Of a stretch of 59,259 nucleotides of DNA, positions 25,307 through 33,981 are shown piece after piece. The notes below the pieces were generated by a model. It had not been told where the DNA came from. It saw only the letters and a program-made list of their open reading frames with translations, and did not search any database. The stretch's first letter is position 1. Every line of letters begins with the position of its first letter. The position numbers were made by a program, and so were the translations under genes. Origin of the DNA: a bacterium (lineage in GTDB: Bacteria > Patescibacteriota > Minisyncoccia > UBA6257 > WO2-44-18); NCBI GenBank assembly GCA_023244815.1, contig JAHFLQ010000004.1, positions 1 through 59,259 of the forward strand, read 5' to 3'.

Positions 25307-27076
25307 ATGAGCAACATCCGAAATTTTGTAATTACTGCCCACGTTGACCATGGAAAATCTACTTTAGCAGATCGGTTGCTGGAAATTACCGGTACCGTGG
25401 AAAAACGGCTGATGAAACCGCAGTTTTTGGATCAAATGGAGCTGGAAAGGGAACGGGGAATTACCATTAAGATGGCGCCAGTGAGAATGACCTATACCCT
25501 GAACGGGCAGAATTACATTTTGAATTTAATTGATACACCCGGCCATTCCGACTTCGCTTATGAAGTTTCCCGCGCGCTGGCCGCCGTGGAGGGGGCGGTG
25601 CTTTTAGTGGACGCGACGCAGGGAATTCAGGCACAGACACTCGCAAATTATGAAAGCGCTCGCCGGGCCGGACTAAAAATTATTGGCGCTGTGAATAAGA
25701 TTGACGTTGCCCAGCCGGAGCAGATACAAGATTCGCTGACGGACTTGGCAGATTTAATCAGCGTTGACACCGAAGAAATTTTGAAAGTTTCCGGGAAAAC
25801 AGGCGAAGGAGTGGATAAATTACTGGAAGCGATAGCGAGTAAGGTGCCGCCGCCGAAGGGTTCACAAGAGAAAATCGGACGCGGTCTAATTTTTGATTCG
25901 CTGTATGACGAACACAAGGGCGTTATTGCGTTCATTCGGGTATTTGACGGAGAGTTTGTTACCAACCAAGACGTCTACCTTCTCGCCACTAAAGCTCTTG
26001 CCAAAGCGAAAGAGATTGGATATTTTTTACCTCAATTAAAACCAGCGGAAAAATTGAAAACCGGTGAGATTGGCTATGTTGCGACGGGTCTGAAAGATCC
26101 GGGAAAATTGAAAATAGGCGACACTCTTTCCATAAGCCCAGCTGTGAAACAGTTGGCCGGCTATGCCGAACCCAATCCAGTAGTTTTCGTGTCCTTTTAT
26201 CCGGAAGAGGGCGATCAATATGACGAGCTTAAGCAAGCGTTAGGGAAATTGCGACTAACCGATGCTTCACTGACCATTGAGCCGGATGCGAGCGAGGTAC
26301 TGGGCCGGGGATTCAAAGGAGGATTTTTGGGACGACTTCATTTTGAAATTATTGCTGAGCGTTTGGCGCGCGAATTCAAGGTGGAAACCGTCCACAGCTT
26401 CCCTTCGGTGGCTTATAGAGTGGACGGCCAGTTAATTACCAACCCGAAGGACTTCCCCAACGATTACCGGAGTGCCGAAGAGCCGATGACGCGAACGGAA
26501 ATCGTCACGCCGCCGGAATATTTGGGAGCGATTATCCGGCTAAAAGAAATTTTTCGGTTTTCCGCAATGACCACTGAGACGCGCAAAAATAAAGTAGTGG
26601 TCAAAGCCGATCTGCCGCTCGCCGATCTCATCCGCGACCTTGACGATAAATTAAAATCCGTTTCTCAGGGATTCGCGTCGTTTTATTACGAGCTAACTGG
26701 CTACGCGTCGGCGGATGTGGCAAAATTGGAGATTCATGTCGCGGAAAATGTCGTTCCGGGATTAACCCGCATTTTACCTAAAAAAGACATCGAACGGGAA
26801 GCGCGCTCAACTTGTGAAAAATTAAAAGAACTTTTGCCTAAACAACAATTTATTCAGGCTATCCAGGGAGTTGTTGGTGGGAAAATTATCGCTCGCGAGA
26901 CGATTCCGGCAATGCGGAAACTTTTAGGCAGTTTTGGAAAAACTGGCGGTGACCGGACGCGCAAGATGAAACTTTGGAAAAAGCAGCAGCGCGGCAAGGA
27001 GCGCCTGAAGGAGCGCGGCACTAGTACCAACATCAAGATCTCGGCGCGTATCTTTAAGGAGCTGTTGAAGAAATGA
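25307..27076 (+). CDS. lepA: elongation factor 4
   Basis: IRNFVITAHVDHGKSTLADRLLE, ERERGITIK, DTPGHSDF, NKID, GFLGRLH; ATG 25307. Confidence 0.97.
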   Translation: MSNIRNFVITAHVDHGKSTLADRLLEITGTVEKRLMKPQFLDQMELERERGITIKMAPVRMTYTLNGQNYILNLIDTPGHSDFAYEVSRALAAVEGAVLLVDATQGIQAQTLANYESARRAGLKIIGAVNKIDVAQPEQIQDSLTDLADLISVDTEEILKVSGKTGEGVDKLLEAIASKVPPPKGSQEKIGRGLIFDSLYDEHKGVIAFIRVFDGEFVTNQDVYLLATKALAKAKEIGYFLPQLKPAEKLKTGEIGYVATGLKDPGKLKIGDTLSISPAVKQLAGYAEPNPVVFVSFYPEEGDQYDELKQALGKLRLTDASLTIEPDASEVLGRGFKGGFLGRLHFEIIAERLAREFKVETVHSFPSVAYRVDGQLITNPKDFPNDYRSAEEPMTRTEIVTPPEYLGAIIRLKEIFRFSAMTTETRKNKVVVKADLPLADLIRDLDDKLKSVSQGFASFYYELTGYASADVAKLEIHVAENVVPGLTRILPKKDIEREARSTCEKLKELLPKQQFIQAIQGVVGGKIIARETIPAMRKLLGSFGKTGGDRTRKMKLWKKQQRGKERLKERGTSTNIKISARIFKELLKK

Positions 27077-27117
27077 GCCACTAGCCACTAGCGACTTGGC
27101 ACTAGTATACTGAAAGC

Positions 27118-27375
27118 ATGAAAGCATTGGCGTGGCTTGCGGCAGTTGTTATCTTAGGCGGTTTAAGCGTCCAGCTTTACCATTTGTATAAAAACAACAC
27201 TGAGGTCGGTGCTCGGTTGGAAGCGACGCGTGTCGAGGTGAAAAACCTAAGCGCGGACAAGGACCAACTCGAGGCCGATCTTGGCTATTTTTCCGAGACC
27301 GAGAATTTAGCAAAAGAGCTGAAAGCCAAATTTGACTACAAGCGGCCGGGCGAAAAACTTATTAAAATACAGTAA
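27118..27375 (+). CDS. FtsB/DivIC-like septum formation protein (TM plus coiled coil)
   Basis: TM followed by a coiled coil; ends ...DYKRPGEKLIKI, like the DivIC PGE motif. Confidence 0.6.
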   Translation: MKALAWLAAVVILGGLSVQLYHLYKNNTEVGARLEATRVEVKNLSADKDQLEADLGYFSETENLAKELKAKFDYKRPGEKLIKIQ

Positions 27376-27968
27376 TGAAAGAGCATATACACAAATTCCA
27401 ATGGTTTTACCTGACCTTTTTGCTGGCAGTTTTTATAGGTGTCGGATTTTATTACTTTATTCACCTGGGACATTATCCAATAGCGACCGTAAATGGAAAG
27501 TGGATCGCCGCGAAGGATTTTAATAACGAATACTCGGTGGCGTTCCAGTATTACGCGAAAACACTTGCCAAACAAAAGCAGATTGACTTAAGAAGCGCGG
27601 ATTTTCAAAAAGAATTGCGTCGCGCGGCGCTCAACGATCTGATCGACAAATCTCTGATTAATGCGGAACTTAAACAAAGGACTGGCAGTGACTTTGATTC
27701 GATTTTGGACAATAAAATTGGGGAACAAAAAATGGACAGTAAAGCTCTCGCTGACGCGGCCAGACTTTTATATGGCATGAACGTGGACGATTTCAAAGTT
27801 CTGGTCCTGATTCCGCAGGCGGAAAAGGAATTGTTGGATGGGCGCCTATTTTTAGAGCAACGGAAACTTGACGAGTGGCTGGCAGACGCGGAAAAAATGG
27901 CTCACGTTATCATTTTGACACCGGAGTTTGGCTGGGCTACAAATAAAGTTGTTTTAAGCACACAATAG
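27375..27968 (+). CDS. SurA N-terminal-domain-like membrane-anchored chaperone
   Basis: TM followed by PIATVNGKWI...ALNDLIDKSLINAELK pattern. Confidence 0.65.
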   Translation: MKEHIHKFQWFYLTFLLAVFIGVGFYYFIHLGHYPIATVNGKWIAAKDFNNEYSVAFQYYAKTLAKQKQIDLRSADFQKELRRAALNDLIDKSLINAELKQRTGSDFDSILDNKIGEQKMDSKALADAARLLYGMNVDDFKVLVLIPQAEKELLDGRLFLEQRKLDEWLADAEKMAHVIILTPEFGWATNKVVLSTQ

Positions 27969-28139
27969 CTTTGGCGGGCCTGGTATTCTGGAAACACAAT
28001 AACTTTTCTCCTGCGGAAAAGTTTTCTTCACCCTCGGCGATTTTGCGGTTCGTTAAGGAAAAATTATAACGAACCAGCCAAGCCAAATCGCCTGCGGGAC
28101 GTTCCAAAATACCAAGCCCGCCTTCGCCTAGAGTTTGTG
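27969..28139. repeat. structured intergenic element, family copy B
   Basis: Stems 27973-79/28116-22, 28001-08/28016-23, 28036-43/28085-92, 28047-55/28067-75; shares CTTTGG, TTCTTCACCCTCG, AATTATAA, CCAAGC and TCGCCTGCGGGA with copy A. Confidence 0.85.
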
Positions 28140-28171
28140 CGCTTTGGTGTGGTAGGTTAGAGGGTGGGTAT

Positions 28172-28245
28172 GCGGGTGTGGTTCAGTGGTAGAATGCGAC
28201 CTTCCCAAGGTTGAGACACGGGTTCGATTCCCGTCATCCGCTCCA
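28172..28245 (+). tRNA. tRNA-Gly(CCC)
   Basis: Acceptor GCGGGTG/CATCCGC, anticodon loop TTCCCAA, GGTTCGATTCC, encoded CCA. Confidence 0.95.
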
Positions 28246-28260
28246 ATAAAAAATTCCCGA

Positions 28261-28503
28261 CTAGCGGGAATTTTGGAATTTTTCAATAAACGTCCGGTAG
28301 ACCGCTCGACGCATTGCGGGAAGCGGAGCATTTGCACCGCTTATCCATCTGCGGGTGGTGGAGTACGAAGTGTCGAATTCATGAGCCAGAGATTTTTCAT
28401 TCCACAGGCCCATATCAGATCCTGTCATCAGGATTTCATGAAATTGATGAAAGTCATTGGGGTCAGCGCTGCGTATTTTCTTGATCAATTCATTGCGCGT
28501 CAT
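28261..28503 (-). CDS. small XRE/Cro-like HTH protein (80 aa)
   Basis: ATG 28503 after TTCATTGAAAGGAG; EKSLAHEFDTSYSTTRRWISG fits an HTH; terminator AAAATTCCCG/CGGGAATTTT at 28248-28272. Confidence 0.7.
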   Translation of the reverse strand: MTRNELIKKIRSADPNDFHQFHEILMTGSDMGLWNEKSLAHEFDTSYSTTRRWISGANAPLPAMRRAVYRTFIEKFQNSR

Positions 28504-28589
28504 ACAAACTCCTTTCAATGAAGAACTGATAGCAATATAACACATTTTCCTTTGAAAAATAAGCCCAAATGCGATAATATAACAGAAGC

Positions 28590-28665
28590 GCCACCTTAGC
28601 TCAGCTGGTAGAGCAATGCTTTCGTAAAGCAGAGGTCCCCGGTTCGAATCCGGGAGGTGGCTCCA
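28590..28665 (+). tRNA. tRNA-Thr(CGU)
   Basis: Acceptor GCCACCT/AGGTGGC, anticodon loop TTCGTAA, GGTTCGAATCC, encoded CCA. Confidence 0.95.
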
Positions 28666-28671
28666 ACGATC

Positions 28672-29397
28672 ATGTTCAAGGCACTAACAGGAAAATACGA
28701 TAACGGCCCGGCGCACCTGACGATCTACGCGGGCGTGGGTGGGGATGACGCCAAAGATTGGGCAGGTATGCTTTTCCGCATGTATATTAAGTACGCGCAA
28801 AAACGCGGTTGGAAAGTGGTGCAGACAGAAGATTTGGGCATGGAAGTCTACGGCGAATTTGTTTATGGGACACTGAAACACGAGATGGGCGTGCATCGTT
28901 TGGTGCGCATCTCGCCATTTTCTTCTAAACAATTACGTCACACTTCTTTCGCGCTGTTGGAGGTGGTGCCGATTTTTCAAGACATTGAGCATAAAAAATT
29001 GATAATTCCACCGGAAGATTTGAAGGTGGAGTTTTCGCGTTCCAGCGGTCCCGGCGGGCAAAATGTTAATAAAAGGGAGACGGCAGTGCGCGTCGTTCAT
29101 TTACCAACAGGCATCAGTGCGGCTTCCCAGCAAGAGCGCTCCCAGCTCCAGAACAAAGAAAAGGCGGTGTCGCTTCTGAAGTCTAAGTTAATGGCGCTGA
29201 TGATTGCCCAGCAGAAACAACAGCTCTCCGATTTGCGCACCAAAGTAAAGCCGGAGTGGGGAAACCAGATCCGCTCTTACGTGCTCAATCCGTATAAAAA
29301 AGTGAAAGATCATCGGACTAATGTAGAATCATCCCAGCCGGATAAAGTGCTGGCTGGCGAACTTGATAAGTTCATCGAAGCAGAGCTACAATTGTAA
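28672..29397 (+). CDS. prfB: peptide chain release factor 2, lacking N-terminal domain 1
   Basis: YAGVGGDDAKDW, GVHRLVRISPF (SPF = RF2), GPGGQNVNK, WGNQIRSYV; only 241 aa. Confidence 0.9.
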   Translation: MFKALTGKYDNGPAHLTIYAGVGGDDAKDWAGMLFRMYIKYAQKRGWKVVQTEDLGMEVYGEFVYGTLKHEMGVHRLVRISPFSSKQLRHTSFALLEVVPIFQDIEHKKLIIPPEDLKVEFSRSSGPGGQNVNKRETAVRVVHLPTGISAASQQERSQLQNKEKAVSLLKSKLMALMIAQQKQQLSDLRTKVKPEWGNQIRSYVLNPYKKVKDHRTNVESSQPDKVLAGELDKFIEAELQL

Positions 29398-29404
29398 GAA
29401 GTAG

Positions 29405-29466
<62 letters not shown>

Positions 29467-29471
29467 ATTTT

Positions 29472-30149
29472 ATGATTGCGTTCAACAATGTTTCAAAACA
29501 ATATGGCGACACAGCTGTCTTAAGTGACATTACCTTCAAAGTGGCGCCGGGGGAATTTATTTCCATTGTCGGAAAATCCGGTGCCGGCAAGTCCACTATT
29601 ATAAAACTTCTCATTGGTGAGGACCAACCGACCAGGGGGAGGGTGCTGGTCGGTTCTTACGAAGTAAATAAACTGAAACCAGACGAACTCCCCCAGTTGC
29701 GAAGAAAGGTGGGAATTGTTTTTCAGGATTTTAAATTACTGCCGACCAAGACAGCTTATGAAAACATCGCTTTTGCCTTAGAGGTAGAGGGGCGAGCCCA
29801 AGAAGAAATCGAAGAACTAGTGCCGCAGATGCTGGACCTGGTGGGACTTGCAGATAAAAAAGATAATTTTCCGGACGAACTTTCCGGCGGCATGAAACAG
29901 CGAGTGGCGATCGCGCGGGCGATGATCCACCGGCCGGCCGTGATAGTTGCCGACGAGCCGACTGGCAATCTGGACCACGTGAACGCGAATGAAATCATGA
30001 ATTTGCTTCTGAAAATTAACGAACTGGGCACGACCGTCGTGCTGGCCACGCACAGCAAGGATATTGTCAATAAACTGCGGAAAAGAGTTGTCGCGCTCGA
30101 AAATGGTAAAATTATAAGAGATGACGCTCGCGGAAATTATGAACTGTAG
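29472..30149 (+). CDS. ftsE: cell division ATP-binding protein FtsE
   Basis: GKSGAGKST, VGIVFQDFKLL, LSGGMKQRVAIARA, ADEPTGNLD; upstream of ftsX. Confidence 0.93.
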   Translation: MIAFNNVSKQYGDTAVLSDITFKVAPGEFISIVGKSGAGKSTIIKLLIGEDQPTRGRVLVGSYEVNKLKPDELPQLRRKVGIVFQDFKLLPTKTAYENIAFALEVEGRAQEEIEELVPQMLDLVGLADKKDNFPDELSGGMKQRVAIARAMIHRPAVIVADEPTGNLDHVNANEIMNLLLKINELGTTVVLATHSKDIVNKLRKRVVALENGKIIRDDARGNYEL

Positions 30150-30158
30150 CTAACGTTT

Positions 30159-31067
30159 ATGGCCACCACATTTTTTAGAATTCTAAAATTCGGTTTGCAA
30201 AACTTCTCCCGCAACGGGCTGCTTTCCGCTACCACCACGGTGATTATGGTGCTGGCTATCCTGGTATTTAACGGCCTGACCATTTTTGGCGTAATTTCCA
30301 ACTCGGCGGTGGCTTCTTTGCAGGATAAAATTGATATTAGCGTTTATTTCAAATCTGCTGCTCCGGAGGACGATATCGTTAAACTCGAACACGCGTTGCA
30401 ATCGCTTTCGGAGGTGAGGGCGGTAGAATATATTTCTTCCGAAAAGGCTCTGGCGATTTTTAAACAAAACCACGATAGCGACGACACTATTTCTCAGGCC
30501 CTTGCCGAACTACAGACCAACCCACTGCTCGCTTCTCTAAACATTAAAGCTAAAGATCCGAATATGTATCCAACCATTGCCGGCTATCTCGAAACCGATC
30601 AGCTTAAGCCCATTATTGAAAAAGTTACTTACGGAGAAAATAAAGAAGCCATTGACCGATTGGCGCGAATTATCGATACAGTAAGGGTCGCCGGCGTAGG
30701 GATAACGATTTTTCTGGCCCTAGTCGCAGTGCTGGTAACTTTCAACACCATTCGGCTGGCGATTTATTCCAACCGCGAAGAACTGGGAGTCATGCGGCTG
30801 GTAGGCGCTTCCAATAAATTTATTAATGGGCCGTATGTTGTTGCCGGGGTTATCTACGGACTACTCGCCGCTTTGGCCGGTATTATTGTTTCCACGCCGC
30901 TGATAGTGTTTATTTCGCCCTATGTCCACGCTTTCATACCGGATTTGTCGCTGTCCGCCTATCTTGGCAGCCATGTTCCTCAATTTGTTTTTTATCAGCT
31001 CTTTTTCGGTGTTGCGCTGGGCGCCACTTCAGCGGCAGTGGCAGTTAGGCGCTATCTGAAAATCTAG
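30159..31067 (+). CDS. ftsX: cell division permease FtsX
   Basis: 4 TM; NTIRLAIYSNREELGVMRLVGASNKFI. Confidence 0.93.
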   Translation: MATTFFRILKFGLQNFSRNGLLSATTTVIMVLAILVFNGLTIFGVISNSAVASLQDKIDISVYFKSAAPEDDIVKLEHALQSLSEVRAVEYISSEKALAIFKQNHDSDDTISQALAELQTNPLLASLNIKAKDPNMYPTIAGYLETDQLKPIIEKVTYGENKEAIDRLARIIDTVRVAGVGITIFLALVAVLVTFNTIRLAIYSNREELGVMRLVGASNKFINGPYVVAGVIYGLLAALAGIIVSTPLIVFISPYVHAFIPDLSLSAYLGSHVPQFVFYQLFFGVALGATSAAVAVRRYLKI

Positions 31068-31079
31068 ATTAGGATTTAA

Positions 31080-33122
31080 ATGGTTTACACATGCCCAATG
31101 CATCCGGACATACGCCGGGATTCTCCAGGTATTTGCCCGGAATGCGGGATGGGTTTGGTTATGAGCCATAATAAGCCGTCTGGCGAAGCGCCGGATAAAC
31201 ACACTGGCCACAGCGTCGCGATGTTCCGGAATAAATTTTTAGTAAGTTTGTTGCTGACTATTCCGGTGATTGTGATCAAGTTAGCGCCGTCTTTGCCCGG
31301 CGTGCAATACGCCGAACTAGTCTTGGGTTCGGCGATATTTTTTTATGGCGGCTGGATATTTTTAACCAGCGCAGTCCGGGAGCTGAGAGCGAAAATGCCT
31401 GGAATGATGACGCTGGTCGCTCTCGCGATCTCCACTGCTTATCTGTACAGTGTTTACGGTTTTTTTGCCGGCAAAGATAACCTATTTTGGGAATTGACCA
31501 CGTTAATTACCGTAATGCTGTTGGGCCACTGGATAGAGATGCGGGCGGTACAGAGAGCGCAGGGCGCGCTTAAAGAGCTTTCCAAACTTTTACCGGATAC
31601 CGCGGAGGTTATCCATAGCGGCGAAATAAAGACCGTTTCGATATCGGAGCTAAAAGCTGGAGATGTAGTTCTGGTCCGTCCCGGCGGCAGAATTCCAGCT
31701 GACGGAAAAGTAATCAAGGGCAGTGCTGACGTCAACGAATCAATGATCACTGGAGAGTCGGCTCCGGTTGGTAAAACTATCGGAAGCAAGGCGCTCGCCG
31801 GGACGATTAATGAAGATGGCGCTTTGGAAATTAAAATCACCGAAGTCGGCGAAAATACATTTCTGGCCGGCGTAATGCGTTTGGTTGCCGAGGCCCAGGC
31901 TTCCAAATCGAAACTCCAGATACTTTCCGACCGCGCGGCTTTTTATCTTACACTGATCGCTATAACCAGCGGCGTCGCCACCTTTATTTTGTGGGCGTTT
32001 TCGAAGGCTGGCGTGGGTTTTGCTTTTGAGAGAATGGTATCAGTGTTAGTGATTGCCTGCCCGCACGCTTTGGGACTTGCCATCCCGCTGGTGGCGACTA
32101 TCTCAACTACCATGGCGGCGCGGCAAGGTTTTTTGGTGAAACAGCGCCTGGCGCTGGAACTGGCTCGTAAAATTGACGTGGTTTTGTTCGATAAAACCGG
32201 TACGTTGACGAAAGGCGAATATGGCGTGACCGATATCTTGGCCGTTAAGCCGGCAACCGAAAAGGAAGTTTTGCAATTTGCCGCCTCAGTTGATTCCCGC
32301 TCGGAACATTTTATTTCCAAAGCGATTATGGCAAAATCCCGCCAGGACAAATTGGCAATCTTAGATATCCAAGAATTTATCCGCCTCGCTGGAAAAGGAG
32401 TTAAAGGGAAAATTGGCGGTGAGGAAATATTGGTTGGCGGGCAGGCAATCCTGGAAGGAGCGGGTGTTCCGATAGAAATTGAAAGATTTGCCGAAACAGA
32501 AGGCAAAAAAGGGAAAACTATTATCTATGTCCTGAAAAATAAAAAAATTATTGGCGCCATTGCGCTGGCCGATCTTATCCGAGAGGAATCACGGGAGGCC
32601 GTGCGCGGCCTTAAAGAAAAAGGCGTAAAGGTGGCGATGATCACCGGGGATTCGGAAAATGTGGCTGCCTGGGTCGCCGGAGAGCTCAGGATCGACGAGT
32701 ATTTCGCGTGGGTTTTACCGCAAGACAAGTCGTTGAAGGTGAAAGAACTGCAAGCGCGGGGATTAAAAGTGGCAATGGTGGGTGACGGCATCAACGACGC
32801 ACCCGCGCTCACGCAGTCCGACCTCGGCATTGCTATCGGCGCCGGCACCAACGTGGCCGTTGAGTCCGCCGGGATTATCTTGGTAAGAAACGACCCTCGT
32901 GATATAACGAAGATCCTCCGCCTTTCTGGACTTACCTACGCGAAAATGATTCAGAATCTTTTCTGGGCAACCGGTTATAACATTGTCGCTCTGCCGCTCG
33001 CGGCTGGTGTGCTTGTATCGCGTGGCATTCTTCTCCAGCCGGCGCTAGCGGCGCTGTTCATGTCCATGAGTACTGTAATTGTAGCGGTAAACGCGCTCCT
33101 ATTGCGAAGAAAAAAGTTATAG
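31080..33122 (+). CDS. heavy-metal (copper) P1B-type ATPase, CopB-like
   Basis: N-terminal YTCPMHP...CPECGM, TGES, CPH transmembrane motif, DKTGT, GDGINDAP. Confidence 0.93.
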   Translation: MVYTCPMHPDIRRDSPGICPECGMGLVMSHNKPSGEAPDKHTGHSVAMFRNKFLVSLLLTIPVIVIKLAPSLPGVQYAELVLGSAIFFYGGWIFLTSAVRELRAKMPGMMTLVALAISTAYLYSVYGFFAGKDNLFWELTTLITVMLLGHWIEMRAVQRAQGALKELSKLLPDTAEVIHSGEIKTVSISELKAGDVVLVRPGGRIPADGKVIKGSADVNESMITGESAPVGKTIGSKALAGTINEDGALEIKITEVGENTFLAGVMRLVAEAQASKSKLQILSDRAAFYLTLIAITSGVATFILWAFSKAGVGFAFERMVSVLVIACPHALGLAIPLVATISTTMAARQGFLVKQRLALELARKIDVVLFDKTGTLTKGEYGVTDILAVKPATEKEVLQFAASVDSRSEHFISKAIMAKSRQDKLAILDIQEFIRLAGKGVKGKIGGEEILVGGQAILEGAGVPIEIERFAETEGKKGKTIIYVLKNKKIIGAIALADLIREESREAVRGLKEKGVKVAMITGDSENVAAWVAGELRIDEYFAWVLPQDKSLKVKELQARGLKVAMVGDGINDAPALTQSDLGIAIGAGTNVAVESAGIILVRNDPRDITKILRLSGLTYAKMIQNLFWATGYNIVALPLAAGVLVSRGILLQPALAALFMSMSTVIVAVNALLLRRKKL

Positions 33123-33134
33123 TAAAATTAGAAT

Positions 33135-33269
33135 ATGTACCAAATGATGCAAGGCTTAGGATACGGAATAGGCAGTGTCGGATTTATGTTTTGGGTCACG
33201 ACGCTGTTGGTCTGGACAGCGTTAATACTGGTGATTATTGCGCTGATTCGTTGGATAAATAAAAAATAA
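33135..33269 (+). CDS. small membrane protein (44 aa)
   Basis: MYQMMQGLGYGIGSVGFMFWVTTLLVWTALILVIIALIRWINKK; below the track size cut-off. Confidence 0.65.
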   Translation: MYQMMQGLGYGIGSVGFMFWVTTLLVWTALILVIIALIRWINKK

Positions 33270-33272
33270 TAA

Positions 33273-33382
33273 TTGTTCCGGGACAGGGAATCGCCCGCGA
33301 CTCGAACTTCGCAAAGTTCGGTCTGGGCACCGCCTCACGATTTTTCCTGCTGGAAAAATCGCTCCGGCGTTCGATTCCTGTC
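33273..33382. mobile_element. tRNA-Gln-associated palindromic mini-element
   Basis: 21-bp direct copy of the tRNA 3' end (33273-33293 = 33402-33422); terminal IR GACAGG(G)AATCG/CGATTCCTGTC; internal hairpins 33303-33320 and 33338-33361. Confidence 0.6.
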
Positions 33383-33404
33383 AGTAATTTTTATTTTTAA
33401 TTTG

Positions 33405-33475
33405 TTCCGGGACAGGGAATCGAACCCCAATTTCATGGTTCAGAGCCATGCGTCCTACCATTAGACGATCCCGGA
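33405..33475 (-). tRNA. tRNA-Gln(CUG)
   Basis: Acceptor TCCGGGA/TCCCGGA, anticodon loop CTCTGAA, GGTTCGATTCC. Confidence 0.95.
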
Positions 33476-33526
33476 TTGCAGCACTATTGTAGTATCGCTT
33501 GACCTATATTATAATAAGTTAAACAT

Positions 33527-33976
33527 ATGAGCAAATACAAAAATACTCTTATCGGTGCCGGTATCGCGGTGTTTTTGCTGGCGTTGTTTATTGTTCCGAG
33601 ATTAGGAAAGCCAAATGAAACCGGTGACGGTTCTGGCGTGCCTTGTCTTGTCCCAAATGTTGACTTGGTGATGCACATCCATGCTGTTTTGACTATTACC
33701 GTGGACGGAAAAGACGAAACGGTGCCTGCCAACATCGGGCTGGGAGGCTCCTGCGAGCATGCTCTTCACACCCATGACACTACCGGCACTTTGCATGTTG
33801 AATCACAAACGATTCGTGACTGGGCCCTCGGCGACTTTTTCCAGCTTTGGGGTAAAACGATCGAGCGTGACGGTTATTCTGTAACAATGACCGTTGATGG
33901 CAAGCCGAGCCAGGAATTGAACAATCTAGTCCTTAAAGACAAGCAGCAAATAAAACTTGCTTACACCAAGCAATAA
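33527..33976 (+). CDS. membrane-anchored His-rich putative metal-binding protein
   Basis: TM, then MHIHAVL...ANIGL...LHTHDTTGTLHVE. Confidence 0.7.
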   Translation: MSKYKNTLIGAGIAVFLLALFIVPRLGKPNETGDGSGVPCLVPNVDLVMHIHAVLTITVDGKDETVPANIGLGGSCEHALHTHDTTGTLHVESQTIRDWALGDFFQLWGKTIERDGYSVTMTVDGKPSQELNNLVLKDKQQIKLAYTKQ

Positions 33977-33981
33977 ACTTA

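Noticed and set aside
27968-28147. 7-bp target-site duplication (GCTTTGG) around element B
   Set aside because: CTTTGG is also the left end of copy A, which has no matching right-hand copy, so it is more likely part of the element plus a chance match.
28590-28672. Programmed +1 frameshift or upstream first part of prfB
   Set aside because: The upstream sequence is an intact tRNA-Thr; there is no CTT-TGA site or N-terminal RF2 coding sequence.
33273-33475. Prophage or genomic island bounded by attL/attR at tRNA-Gln
   Set aside because: The duplicated tRNA ends are only about 130 bp apart and do not bracket the copper/SOD genes; there is no integrase.
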